A stretch of 64,000 bases of DNA from Candidatus Tectimicrobiota bacterium. GTDB lineage: Bacteria > Tectomicrobia > Entotheonellia > Entotheonellales > Entotheonellaceae. This document shows positions 28,910-39,980 of the stretch, piece by piece (within the stretch, counting starts at the first letter, position 1; each line of letters starts with the position of its first letter). Location of the stretch: positions 7,430 to 71,429 of the forward strand of contig BPKO01000013.1 of the NCBI GenBank assembly GCA_026005175.1, read 5' to 3'. A program made the translations under genes and the position numbers. Below the pieces are notes generated by a model. That model was given only the letters and a program-made list of their open reading frames with translations. It was not told the origin of the DNA and searched no databases.

Positions 28910-28921
28910 GAGCGCTGTGAC
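28886..28921 (+). repeat. direct repeat CGCTGTGAC x2 flanking the candidate -10
   Basis: CGCTGTGAC occurs at 28886-28894 and 28913-28921. The starts are 27 nt apart. Confidence 0.5.
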
Positions 28922-28966
28922 GCCTGAACCGCGGCTGGCCGCAACACGAAGGGGAGGAGAAATTAC

Positions 28967-30754
28967 GTGCGCCGCCGCTCTCTGCTCACCAGCTCCGTGC
29001 TCCTTGTGGCATGGCTTTCCGAGGCCGTGGCGCAGGAAGCCCAGGGCGTGGCCGCGCTCGCCGACACCAAGGTGGCGCTCGACACCCTGTGGACGCTGCT
29101 TTGCGCCTTCCTCGTCATGTTCATGGCCCTTGGCTTTGCCATGCTCGAGTCGGGGTTTTGCCGCGCCAAGAACACCGTCAACATCCTGGCCAAAAACCTG
29201 GTGGTCTTTGCCATCACCGCCATTGCCTTTCTCGCCGTGGGCTGGGGGCTGATGTTTGGCGACGGCACCGGGTTTATCGGCCTCAAGGGCGTCTGGTTCC
29301 TCAGCGGCCCCGACAACAGCCCGGCCACCGGCGAGGCCTACCGGGGCGTCTACGGCGCCATTGCCTGGACGGGGATCCCGCTGGCCGCCAAGTTCCTCTT
29401 CCAGATGGTCTTTGCCGCTACCGCCGCCACCATCGTTTCGGGGGCGGTGGCGGAGCGCATCCGCTTTTCCGCGTTTCTTCTCTTTTCCACCCTGATGGCT
29501 GGCCTCCTTTACCCCATCACCGGCCACTGGATCTGGGGCGGGGGCTGGCTGCAGCAGCGCGGCATGCTCGACTTTGCCGGCTCTACCGTGGTGCACTCGG
29601 TGGGCGGCTGGGCGGCCCTGGCCGGGGCGCTTCTTTTGGGGCCGCGCCTGGGCAAGTACACGCCCGAGGGCCGCGTGCAGGCCATCCCCGGCCACAGCCT
29701 CACCTCGGCCACCATCGGCGTCTTCGTGCTGTGGTTTGGCTGGTTTGGCTTCAACCCCGGCTCGACGATGGCCGCCGACTGGCGCCTCATCGGCCACATC
29801 GCCGCCACCACCAACACCGCCGCCGCCGCGGCCACCCTCAGCGCCACCGCCACTGCCTGGGTGCTGCTGGGCAAGCCCGACTTTGCCATGATCCTCAACG
29901 GCGCCATTGCCGGCCTGGTGGCCATCACCGCCCCCTGCGCCTTTGTCAGCCTGGGCAGCGCCTTCTTCATCGGCCTTGGCGCCGGCATCCTGGTGGTGCT
30001 GGCGGTGCTCTTCTTCGACCGCATCCGCGTCGACGACCCGGTGGGCGCCATCTCCGTCCACCTCGTCTGCGGCGCCTACGGCACCCTGTGCGTTGGCCTC
30101 TTTGCCGAGCCGGCGGTGAACCCGGCGGTGACCACCGCCGGCCTCTTCTTTGGCGGCGGCTCGACGCTCTTCGGGGTGCAGCTGCTCGGCGTGGTGGCGG
30201 TGGGCGCTTTTACCTTTCTGTCTTCCCTCGTCGGCTGGTCGCTGATTAAAGGGCTGGTGGGCCTGCGCGTGCCGCCGGAAGAGGAGCTCGAGGGCCTCGA
30301 CCGCGGCGAGCACGGCAACCTCGCTTACCCTGACTTTGCCCTGGTGACCACCGGCCGCGAAGTGACCGTGCCGCGGCCGGCGCCACCGGTGGCCGCGCCG
30401 GTTGCCGCCACCGCCCAGCCCGCCGCGGCGGCCCGCGGGCCACAGCCTTCTAGCCGGCGCCCGCCGCTGCGGCCAGAAGCGCCCCGCAGCCCTGCCGGCT
30501 TCCAGCACCGCCCCTTTACCCTGGTGGTGCACGGCGTCGACAAGCGCGCCCTCAAAGCGGTCTGGGAGCAGCTCTGCTACGACTACCCGGCCAAGACGCC
30601 CAAGGCCTTCAACGAGCTCTACCCGCACGTGGTCACCGTCGGCGAGCAGACCTTCACCTTCCGCCAGGGCGATCCCCTGCTCTACCGCGAAGCGGTGGAA
30701 CGCCTGCTGCGGGACTACGGGCTGGAGACGGCCCAGGTGGAAGTCACTGCCTAG
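28967..30754 (+). CDS. amt: ammonium transporter (Amt family) with Pro/Ala linker and ~84 aa C-terminal domain of unknown function
   Basis: FAMLESGFCRAKN, DFAGSTVVHSVGGWAAL, WFGWFGFNPGS and VHLVCGAYGTL. GTG start follows GAAGGGGAGGAG. The C-terminal extension is described in the findings. Confidence 0.9.
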   Translation: MRRRSLLTSSVLLVAWLSEAVAQEAQGVAALADTKVALDTLWTLLCAFLVMFMALGFAMLESGFCRAKNTVNILAKNLVVFAITAIAFLAVGWGLMFGDGTGFIGLKGVWFLSGPDNSPATGEAYRGVYGAIAWTGIPLAAKFLFQMVFAATAATIVSGAVAERIRFSAFLLFSTLMAGLLYPITGHWIWGGGWLQQRGMLDFAGSTVVHSVGGWAALAGALLLGPRLGKYTPEGRVQAIPGHSLTSATIGVFVLWFGWFGFNPGSTMAADWRLIGHIAATTNTAAAAATLSATATAWVLLGKPDFAMILNGAIAGLVAITAPCAFVSLGSAFFIGLGAGILVVLAVLFFDRIRVDDPVGAISVHLVCGAYGTLCVGLFAEPAVNPAVTTAGLFFGGGSTLFGVQLLGVVAVGAFTFLSSLVGWSLIKGLVGLRVPPEEELEGLDRGEHGNLAYPDFALVTTGREVTVPRPAPPVAAPVAATAQPAAAARGPQPSSRRPPLRPEAPRSPAGFQHRPFTLVVHGVDKRALKAVWEQLCYDYPAKTPKAFNELYPHVVTVGEQTFTFRQGDPLLYREAVERLLRDYGLETAQVEVTA

Positions 30755-30765
30755 GAGAGACTCCC

Positions 30766-32361
30766 ATGTGGTTCCTCGTCCTCCTCGTCGTCCTTGCTGC
30801 CCTTGCGGCCTGGCTCTTCACCCGCCTCTACGTCAAAACCCCAGCCAACATGGCCTTCATCCGCACCGGCCTGGGGGGCAAGCGGGTGGTCATCGACGGC
30901 GGCGCCCTCGTCTGGCCGCTGGTGCAGCACATCCAGTGGCTTTCCCTCGAAACCTTTAAGCTCGAGGTGGTCAAAAGCGGCAAAGAGGCGTTTATTACGC
31001 GTGACCGCTTGCGCGTCGACGTGGGGGCCGAATTCTACCTCAAGATCCCGCCCGATGCCGCCGCCATCGAGCGCGCCGCCCGCTCCCTGGGCGAGAAGTC
31101 CTTTAGCCCCGAAGGCGTCCACCTCCTCATCCAGGAAAAGCTCATCTCCGCCCTGCGCGCCGTCATCGCCACCATGGAGCTCATCGAGATGCACGAAAAC
31201 CGCCGCCGCCTCGCCCTGGCGGTGATGGAGCAGCTGCAGGAGCCGCTGCTGGCGGCCAACGGCCTGATGCTCGAGGAGGTGTCGATTTTCCACCTCGACC
31301 AGACCGAGCGCGGCTTTCTCGACCCCGGCAACGTCTTTGACGCCGAGGGCCTGCGGCAAATCGCCGCCCAGGTCTCCGAGCGCGCCCGCCAGCGCAACGA
31401 GATCGAACGCAACACGGAAGTGGCCATCAAGCGCAAGGACGTGGAGGCGGTGAAGCTAAAGCTGGCCCTCGACCAGGAACGTGCCTTTGCCGAAGCAGAG
31501 CAGGCCAAGGCGGTGGAGACTTACCGCGCCCAGCGGCTGGCCGAGACCGAGCAGTTCAAAGCCGAGCAGGAGCGCCTGGCGCGCGAGGCGGAAATCGCCA
31601 AGCGCCGCGCCATCCGCGAGGCGGAAATCGCCGAGGCGCAGGCCATCCGCGCCGCCGAGCTGCAGCGCGAGGTCTTCCTCCTGGGGCAGCAGCGCCTGCG
31701 CGAGCTGGCCGAAATCGAAAAGGCGCAGGCCGTGGAAGAGGCACAGCAGGACAAGGCCATTGCCGTGCTCCTCAAGGAGCGGGCGCGGCTAGAGGAAGAG
31801 CAGCGCCGCCTGCAGGCCGAAGCCCTCAAGGAACAGGCAGCACAGGAAGTGATCACCGCCGCCGAGCGCCTGGCCGCCGAGCGCGCCCGCGAGCTGGCGG
31901 TCATCGCCGCCCTGCAGGAGCTGGAGGTGGCCATGAAGAAAGCCGAGGCGCGCGAGCGCCTGGCCGCCGCCCGGCGCCAGGAAGGAGAGGCCGAAGCGTA
32001 CGCCCTGCTCAAGCAGCGCGAGGCGGAAAACACCCTGGAGGAAAAAATCATCCGCCGCGACTTGCTTCTCGCCCTCATCGAGCGCGCCCCGCAGCTGGTG
32101 GCCGAGCTCATGGCCCCGGCCAAGCAGATCGACAGCATCCGTATCCTCGACGTGGGCGGCTGGCGCGCCAATGGGGCCGCTGGCGAGACCTCGGCGGTGG
32201 ACCGCGTCATTGCCGGCGTCCTCGGTGCTGGCGCCGCTTTGCCGCTGCTCAAGGAGCTCCTTGACTTTGCCCGCCTCGAGCCCGCCCAGCTGCTGCAGCG
32301 CCTCGCCGAGCAGCTGCCCGGGCTGCGAGAAGCCCTGGCACGCCAGGAGCCGCCCCACTGA
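30766..32361 (+). CDS. flotillin / SPFH-domain protein
   Basis: N-terminal TM helix, an SPFH/band-7 region, then a long Ala/Glu/Arg/Gln coiled coil (AEAEQAKAVETYRAQRLAETEQFKAEQERLAREAEIAKRR...). Confidence 0.85.
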   Translation: MWFLVLLVVLAALAAWLFTRLYVKTPANMAFIRTGLGGKRVVIDGGALVWPLVQHIQWLSLETFKLEVVKSGKEAFITRDRLRVDVGAEFYLKIPPDAAAIERAARSLGEKSFSPEGVHLLIQEKLISALRAVIATMELIEMHENRRRLALAVMEQLQEPLLAANGLMLEEVSIFHLDQTERGFLDPGNVFDAEGLRQIAAQVSERARQRNEIERNTEVAIKRKDVEAVKLKLALDQERAFAEAEQAKAVETYRAQRLAETEQFKAEQERLAREAEIAKRRAIREAEIAEAQAIRAAELQREVFLLGQQRLRELAEIEKAQAVEEAQQDKAIAVLLKERARLEEEQRRLQAEALKEQAAQEVITAAERLAAERARELAVIAALQELEVAMKKAEARERLAAARRQEGEAEAYALLKQREAENTLEEKIIRRDLLLALIERAPQLVAELMAPAKQIDSIRILDVGGWRANGAAGETSAVDRVIAGVLGAGAALPLLKELLDFARLEPAQLLQRLAEQLPGLREALARQEPPH

Positions 32362-32417
32362 GGCCGCCCGCCGCCGGACTTTCGCGCGGGCTGCCGCTGT
32401 GCTATGCTGGCACCACC

Positions 32418-33197
32418 ATGGTGGTGCTGGAGCATGTCAGCAAGCGCTTTGGCGCGCGCCTTGCCCTCGACGACGTCTGCCTCTGCCTGGGGCAGGGGCG
32501 CACCCACGTGCTGCTGGGCTCGAGCGGCTGCGGCAAGACGACGCTGCTGCGCCTCGTCCTCGGCCTGGAGCAGCCCGACGGCGGCGCGGTGTACGTCGGC
32601 GGCACGCGCGTGGAGGCTGCCACCTGCCGCGCCTTGCGGCGGCAGATGGGCTACGTGGTGCAGGAAGGCGGCCTTTACCCGCACCTGACGGCGGCCCGCA
32701 ACGTGACGCTGCCCGCCGAGGCGCAGCGCTGGCCGCGGCCGCGTATTGCCGCTCGCCTCCACGAGCTGGCGGCGCTGGTGGACTTGGACCTGGCCACGCT
32801 GCAGCGCTATCCCCAGCAGCTCAGCGGTGGCCAGCGCCAGCGCGTGGGCCTCATGCGCGCCCTCATGCTCGATCCGCCGCTGCTGCTCCTCGACGAGCCC
32901 CTGGCTGCCCTCGATCCCCTGGTGCGCGCCGAGCTGCAAGCGCAGCTGCGGGCCATCTTCACCACCCTGGGCAAAACGGTGCTCCTTGTTACCCACGACC
33001 TGCGCGAGGCTGCCCTCCTTGGCGACACCGTTACCCTGATGCACGCCGGCCGCGTGGTGCAGCACGGCACGCTGGCCGACTTGGTAGAGCGCCCGGCCAC
33101 GCCCTTTGTCACCGCCTTCTTGCAGGCGCAAGCGCTGCCCCCGGTGCTGGAGAAAGGGCGCCTGGCGCCTGCTGCCGGCGCAGAGGAGTCGCCCTGA
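32418..33197 (+). CDS. ABC transporter ATP-binding protein (osmoprotectant/OpuC-type, no CBS domains)
   Basis: Walker A GSSGCGKTT, signature LSGGQRQRVGLMRAL and Walker B LLLLDEPLAALD. Confidence 0.88.
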   Translation: MVVLEHVSKRFGARLALDDVCLCLGQGRTHVLLGSSGCGKTTLLRLVLGLEQPDGGAVYVGGTRVEAATCRALRRQMGYVVQEGGLYPHLTAARNVTLPAEAQRWPRPRIAARLHELAALVDLDLATLQRYPQQLSGGQRQRVGLMRALMLDPPLLLLDEPLAALDPLVRAELQAQLRAIFTTLGKTVLLVTHDLREAALLGDTVTLMHAGRVVQHGTLADLVERPATPFVTAFLQAQALPPVLEKGRLAPAAGAEESP

Positions 33198-33200
33198 GCC

Positions 33201-34694
33201 ATGGGCAAAGGCGTGGCTTGCGCAGCAATGCTCTTTTGCCTGCTGTGGCTGCCGCGCAGCGCCGTCGCGCAGCCGGTGCTGCGCGTGGGCTCTAAAGCCT
33301 TCACCGAGAGCTACCTGCTGGCCGAGCTCGTGGCCCAGATCGCCGAGCAGGTGGGCGAAGCGCGGGTGGAACGCCACCTGGGGCTGGGCGGCACCGGCAT
33401 CACCTTTCAGGCCCTGGTGAGCGGCAAGATCGACCTCTACCCCGAGTACACCGGGACCTTGAGCCACGTGATTCTCAAAGACCCCTCGCTGCGCCAGGTG
33501 GCAGCGCTGCGGGCGCGCCTTGAGCGCTGGGGGCTGACCCTCAGCGAGCCCCTGGGCTTTAACAACACCTACGCCCTGGCAGTGCGCCGCGAGCTGGCCG
33601 AGCGCCTTGGCCTGCGCCGCATTAGCGACCTGGCCCGCCATCCCGAGCTGCGGGCTGCCTTCAGCCCTGGCTTCCGCGAGCGCGCCGACGGCTGGCCGGG
33701 CCTGCAGCGCCACTACGGCCTGCGGTTTGCCGCCGTGCACACCATGGAGCACGCCCTCACCTATACCGCCCTGGCCGAGGGGCGGGTGGAGGTGATCGAC
33801 GTCTATACCACCGACGGCAAGCTCACCCGCCTCGACTTGGTGCTGCTGGCCGATGACCGCGGCTTTTTCCCCGCTTACTACGCCGTGCTGCTGGCACGGC
33901 AGGAAGCGGTACGCCGCTTTCCCCGCACCTGGCAGCGCCTGCAGCGCCAGCTGGTGGGGCGCCTCGACGACGCCACCATGGCCCGCCTCAACGCCCGCGT
34001 CGACCTCGACGGGCAGCGCTTTGAGGCGGTGGCGGCGGAGTTCCTGCACGGCACGGCGGCGCCACGGCGCTTCTGGCGCCAGCTGCTGCGCCTCACCTGG
34101 GAGCACCTGGCGCTGGTGCTGCTGGCCCTCGCCGGCGCCGTGGCCGCAGGTGTGCCGCTGGGGGTGCTGGCCGCCCGCTGCCGCGGCCTGGGACAGCTGG
34201 AGCTCATGGCCATCGGCGGCCTGCAGACGGTGCCGGCGCTGGCCTTGCTCTGCTTCATGATTCCGCTGCTGGGCATCGGCCCGCTGCCGGCGCTGGTGGC
34301 CTTGTGGCTCTACGCCTTGCTGCCCATCGTGCGCACCACCCACGCCGGGCTTATCGCCCTAGAGCGGCAGCTTCTCGACATCGCCGACGTCCTTGGCCTG
34401 AGCCGCTGGCAGCGCCTGTGGCGCCTCGAGCTGCCGCTGGCTTCGGTGAGTATCCTGGCGGGAATCAAGACGGCCGCGGTGTTTACCGTGGGCACCGCTA
34501 CCCTGGCCGCTTTCGTCGGAGGCGGCGGCTACGGCACCCTCATCGTGCAAGGCCTGGCCCTCAACGACGTGGGGACGATCCTGGCAGGGGCGGTGCCGGC
34601 CGCGCTGCTGGCCCTTCTCATGCACGGCGCCTGCGAGCTCCTCGACCGCCTGTGCGTCCCGCGCGGCCTGCGCCAGGCGCGCGCTTCGAATTAA
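33201..34694 (+). CDS. fused glycine-betaine-type substrate-binding domain + ABC permease
   Basis: Signal peptide, then SBP-like LRVGSKAFTESYLLAEL...IDLYPEYTGT...GFNNTYALAV. The C-terminal half is a permease with an EAA-like loop (LDIADVLGLSRWQRLWRLELP). Confidence 0.85.
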   Translation: MGKGVACAAMLFCLLWLPRSAVAQPVLRVGSKAFTESYLLAELVAQIAEQVGEARVERHLGLGGTGITFQALVSGKIDLYPEYTGTLSHVILKDPSLRQVAALRARLERWGLTLSEPLGFNNTYALAVRRELAERLGLRRISDLARHPELRAAFSPGFRERADGWPGLQRHYGLRFAAVHTMEHALTYTALAEGRVEVIDVYTTDGKLTRLDLVLLADDRGFFPAYYAVLLARQEAVRRFPRTWQRLQRQLVGRLDDATMARLNARVDLDGQRFEAVAAEFLHGTAAPRRFWRQLLRLTWEHLALVLLALAGAVAAGVPLGVLAARCRGLGQLELMAIGGLQTVPALALLCFMIPLLGIGPLPALVALWLYALLPIVRTTHAGLIALERQLLDIADVLGLSRWQRLWRLELPLASVSILAGIKTAAVFTVGTATLAAFVGGGGYGTLIVQGLALNDVGTILAGAVPAALLALLMHGACELLDRLCVPRGLRQARASN

Positions 34695-34775
34695 CTTGAT
34701 CTACCGGTCACGAAGGGTTACGCTTAGCTCAACCCGCGTGCCTGGCGGCAAGCTGCGGGCTTGGAAAACAAGGCA

Positions 34776-36060
34776 ATGAAGTTACTTGTGGTAGACGACA
34801 ACCCGGCGCAGCGGCGCGCCTTGGCCGAAAGCCTGCGCAGCCGCGGCTTCGAGGTGGTGACGGCGAGCAGCGGCGAAGAGGCCCTGGCGCGGCTGCGCCA
34901 GGAAGGCGTTGACCTGGTGGTGGCCGATGTCTTCATGCCCCGCCTCGACGGCCTCCAGCTCTGCCACGCGGTAAAAGCCGACCCGCAGCTCTCTCGCATC
35001 CCCTGCGTGCTTTTACTCTGCCCTCTGCACCGGTGCCGAGGACGAGGCCCTGGCGCGCCAGGCCGGGGCGGCGGCGTTTGTCGCCCTGCCGGTGGATGAG
35101 GAAACGCTGGCCGCCGCCCTGCAGCAGGCGCGGCAAGCCCCAGCGGCCCGCCGCCCAGCCCTGCCCCCGCCGGCCGACGCGCCCGTGCGCCTTGAGGCGT
35201 ACGACGCCCGACTCGTTCACCGGCTGGCGGCGCAGGCGCAGCGCCTGGCGCGCGCCAATGCCGAGCTGCGGGCCGAGCAGGAAGCGCTCGGCGCCACCCA
35301 GGGCCGCCTCTCGGCCCAGGTGGCGGCGCACGCGCAGGAGCTGCGCCAGGCCTACGAAGACCTGGAGGCCTTTGCGTACGCCGTGTCGCACGAGCTGCGG
35401 GCGCCGCTGCGTGCCCTGCAGGGCTTTGCCCAGGCGCTGCTCGAAGACTACGCGCCGCAGCTCGACGCCCACGGCCAGGACTACGCCCGCCGCATCGCCC
35501 GCGCAGCAGAGCACATGGACACGCTGATCCAGGATCTGCTGGCTTACAGGCCGCCTGGGGCGCGCCGCCTTGCCGCTGCAGGCCGTGCCGCTGGCCGAAG
35601 TGGTGGCAGAAGCGCAGCGCCTGCTGCAGGCAGAAATCGCCGAGCGCCGCGCCCAGGTGACGGTGGTGCCGCCGCTGCCCGTGGTGTACGGCCACCGCAC
35701 CACTCTTGTGCACGCGGTGGCCAACCTGCTCTCCAATGCCATCAAGTTCGTGGCTCCCGGGGTGCGGCCGCGGGTGCGGCTGTGGGCAGAAGTGCGCCAG
35801 GGGCGGGCACGCCTGTGGGTCGAAGACAACGGCATCGGCATCGCCGCGGAGCACCACGAGCGCATCTTTCGCGTCTTCGAGCGCCTGCACGGCACCGAGG
35901 CCTATCCCGGCACCGGCGTGGGCCCCTGGCCCTGGTGCGCCGCGGCGTCGAGCGCCTCGGCGGCCGCGTAGGGGTGGAGTCAGCGCCGGGCCAGGGCAGC
36001 CGCTTCTGGATCGAGCTGCCGCAGGCTACGGGGACGGAAAACGCGCGGGGAGGGACGTGA
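34776..36060 (+). pseudogene. N-terminal receiver + HisKA + HATPase hybrid histidine kinase, three frameshifts
   Basis: MKLLVVDDNPAQRRAL...VVADVFMPRLDG...IPCVL | SALCTGAEDEALARQAGAAAFVALP...AYAVSHELRAPL...DLLAY | RLGRAALPLQAVPL...NLLSNAIKF...EDNGIGI...GTGVG | LALVRRGVERLGGRVGVESAPGQGSRFW. The shifts are at TTTT 35011-35014, GG 35549-35550 and CCCC 35923-35926. Confidence 0.8.
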
Positions 36061-36069
36061 CCAGGACAT

Positions 36070-36507
36070 ATGCCCGACGTCGTCTTGCTGGTGGAGGACG
36101 ATGCCAACGACGTGCTGCTCGTCGAGCTGGCGTGGCAGCGGGTGCAGCCGCCGGCGCAGCTGCAGGTGGTGCGAAATGGCGATGCCGCCATCGCTTACCT
36201 TAGCGGCCGGGGCGCTTACGCCGACCGCCAGCGCTATCCGCTGCCCGTGCTGGTGCTGCTCGACCTGCAGCTTCCCGGCCGCTCGGGCTTCGAAGTGCTG
36301 GCCTGGCTGCGGCAGCAGGCGCGCCTGCGGCGCCTGCCGGTGATGGTTTTCACCTCCTCAGGCGAGGCGGGTGACGTGAATCGCGCGTACGATTTGGGAG
36401 CCAACGCCTACCTGGTCAAGCCGGCAACGCTGGCGGCGCTGGTGGATCTGGTGCAGGTGCTGGCCGCGCACTGGCTGCGGCTGGTGCGGCGGCCGGAGGT
36501 GGCTTAG
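36070..36507 (+). CDS. single-domain response regulator (receiver only)
   Basis: VLLVEDDANDVLL...VLLDLQLPGRSGFEVL...VMVFTSS...ANAYLVKP. Confidence 0.88.
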   Translation: MPDVVLLVEDDANDVLLVELAWQRVQPPAQLQVVRNGDAAIAYLSGRGAYADRQRYPLPVLVLLDLQLPGRSGFEVLAWLRQQARLRRLPVMVFTSSGEAGDVNRAYDLGANAYLVKPATLAALVDLVQVLAAHWLRLVRRPEVA

Positions 36508-36541
36508 GGATGCCGCGCCCGATGCGGGCAGGAGGGCAGCG

Positions 36542-37198
36542 GTGACGCCCGGCAAGCACCCGCAGGCCCGCAGCGCCATCGCACGGCCGGCCCAGGAGGA
36601 GCCCCAGTGGCAGCGGCTGGCGCAGCTGCTGCACGACGGCCTGGGACAGCAGCTCACCGGCGTTGCCCTGCTGGCCAAGGCCCTGGAGCAGCGCCTGGCC
36701 GACCGCGCCCTGCCAGAAGCGGCGGCGGCCGCGCAGCTGGTGGCGATGGTCAACCAGGCCGTGGATCACGTGCGCCAGCTGTCGCAGTTCCTGGCGCTGG
36801 CCCCCCTGCAGCAAGGGGACTTGCCGGCGGCGTTGGCCGCCCTGGCCGCCAGCCTGCATGGCCTCTTCGGGATCAACTGCGCTGCACACAGCGTGCCAGG
36901 CATGCAGCCCGTGCCGGCAGAGGCGGCGCGGAGCCTGTACCGCCTTGCCCAGGAGGCCGCAGTGAGCCTTGCCGGCAGCAAGCAGGCATGCGGGGTGACC
37001 CTTGGCCTCGCGCCACACCGCGCCGGCCTGCGCCTCACCGTGGACGCCAGCGGGGAGGGGGCTCCCGCGGTGCTAAGCCGGCTGCGCCTGCGGGCGCGCT
37101 GCCTCGGTGCCCGCTTGACGGTGCGGCGGCGGCCGCACGGCCTGCGCTTGGTCTGCACCCTGCCCCTGCCAGGAGCACGCTCGGACCATGCCCGCTGA
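36542..37198 (+). CDS. sensor-less HisKA_3-type histidine kinase-like protein with degenerate ATPase motifs
   Basis: H-box LLHDGLGQQLTG (NarX/DegS-type dimerisation domain). I saw no TM or sensor domain. The C-terminal half lacks a clear N-box Asn and G1/G2 glycine motifs. Confidence 0.65.
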   Translation: MTPGKHPQARSAIARPAQEEPQWQRLAQLLHDGLGQQLTGVALLAKALEQRLADRALPEAAAAAQLVAMVNQAVDHVRQLSQFLALAPLQQGDLPAALAALAASLHGLFGINCAAHSVPGMQPVPAEAARSLYRLAQEAAVSLAGSKQACGVTLGLAPHRAGLRLTVDASGEGAPAVLSRLRLRARCLGARLTVRRRPHGLRLVCTLPLPGARSDHAR

Positions 37199-37862
37199 CG
37201 TGCCGCCGCAGCGCTTCCGTATCCTGGTGGTCGACGACCACCCCATTGTGCGCCGGGGGCTGGTGTGGCTCCTGGCGCGCGAGCCCGACCTGGAGGTGTG
37301 CGGCGAGGCCGAAGACGCGGCGCAGGCTCTGGCCGCCGTAGAGGCGCTGCGCCCTGATCTGGCCATCGTCGACATTGCCCTGCGCGCGAGCAGCGGCCTT
37401 GACCTCATCAAAACCCTGCACGCCCAGGTCCCGCAGCTGCCGGTGCTGGTGCTCTCCATCCACGACGAGACCCTCTACGCCGAGCGCGTGCTGCGCGCCG
37501 GCGGCCGCGGCTACGTGATGAAGCAAGAAGCCACCGAGACCCTGCTGCAGGCCGTGCGCCAGGTGCTGCGCGGGGAGCTCTACCTCAGCCCGCGCATGGC
37601 CTCGCGGCTGCTCGCGGCCTTTGTCCAGGGGCGCCCGGCCCCGGTGGTGTCGCCGCTGCAGCGGCTCAGCGACCGCGAGCTCGAAGTCTTTCGCCTCCTG
37701 GGACAGGGCTACAGCACGCGCCAGGTGGCCGCGGCGCTGCACGTGAGCGTCAAGACCGTAGAGACCCACCGCGCCCATCTCATGAAAAAGCTGCACTTGG
37801 CCAGCGCTGCCGAACTCCTCCGCTACGCCACCCAGTGGGTGAACCACCCCGAACGCGGCTAA
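37188..37862 (+). CDS. NarL/LuxR-family response regulator
   Basis: ILVVDDHPIVRRGL...AIVDIALR...VLVLSIHD...YVMK. C-terminal HTH LSDRELEVFRLLGQGYSTRQVAAALHVSVKTVETHRAHLMKKL. Confidence 0.92.
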   Translation: MPADVPPQRFRILVVDDHPIVRRGLVWLLAREPDLEVCGEAEDAAQALAAVEALRPDLAIVDIALRASSGLDLIKTLHAQVPQLPVLVLSIHDETLYAERVLRAGGRGYVMKQEATETLLQAVRQVLRGELYLSPRMASRLLAAFVQGRPAPVVSPLQRLSDRELEVFRLLGQGYSTRQVAAALHVSVKTVETHRAHLMKKLHLASAAELLRYATQWVNHPERG

Positions 37863-37887
37863 ATCTCCCCCTTGATTTGCACTCGCC

Positions 37888-37906
37888 CTCAGGGTTTCCC
37901 TGAGGC
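37888..37906 (+). terminator. hairpin CCTCAGGG-ttt-CCCTGAGG after the NarL-type gene (no U-tract)
   Basis: Perfect 8 bp stem read directly, 26 nt past the stop. The lack of a T-run keeps confidence low. Confidence 0.3.
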
Positions 37907-38012
37907 CACAGTCAGGAAGCGGGGCATCAAGGCAAAAGCGGCGCCGCCCGATACGTATTGCAGCAAGGGGGAGTGAGCTGCCCCTGGCGGGAAGTGCGAG
38001 GAGAGGGGAGGC

Positions 38013-39976
<1,964 letters not shown>

Positions 39977-39980
<4 letters not shown>

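Noticed and set aside
32418-34694. The two-gene ABC system (a short ATPase without CBS domains plus an SBP-permease fusion) considered as a novelty.
   Set aside because: Fused binding-protein/permease osmoprotectant transporters with short ATPases are a known arrangement, so this is ordinary.
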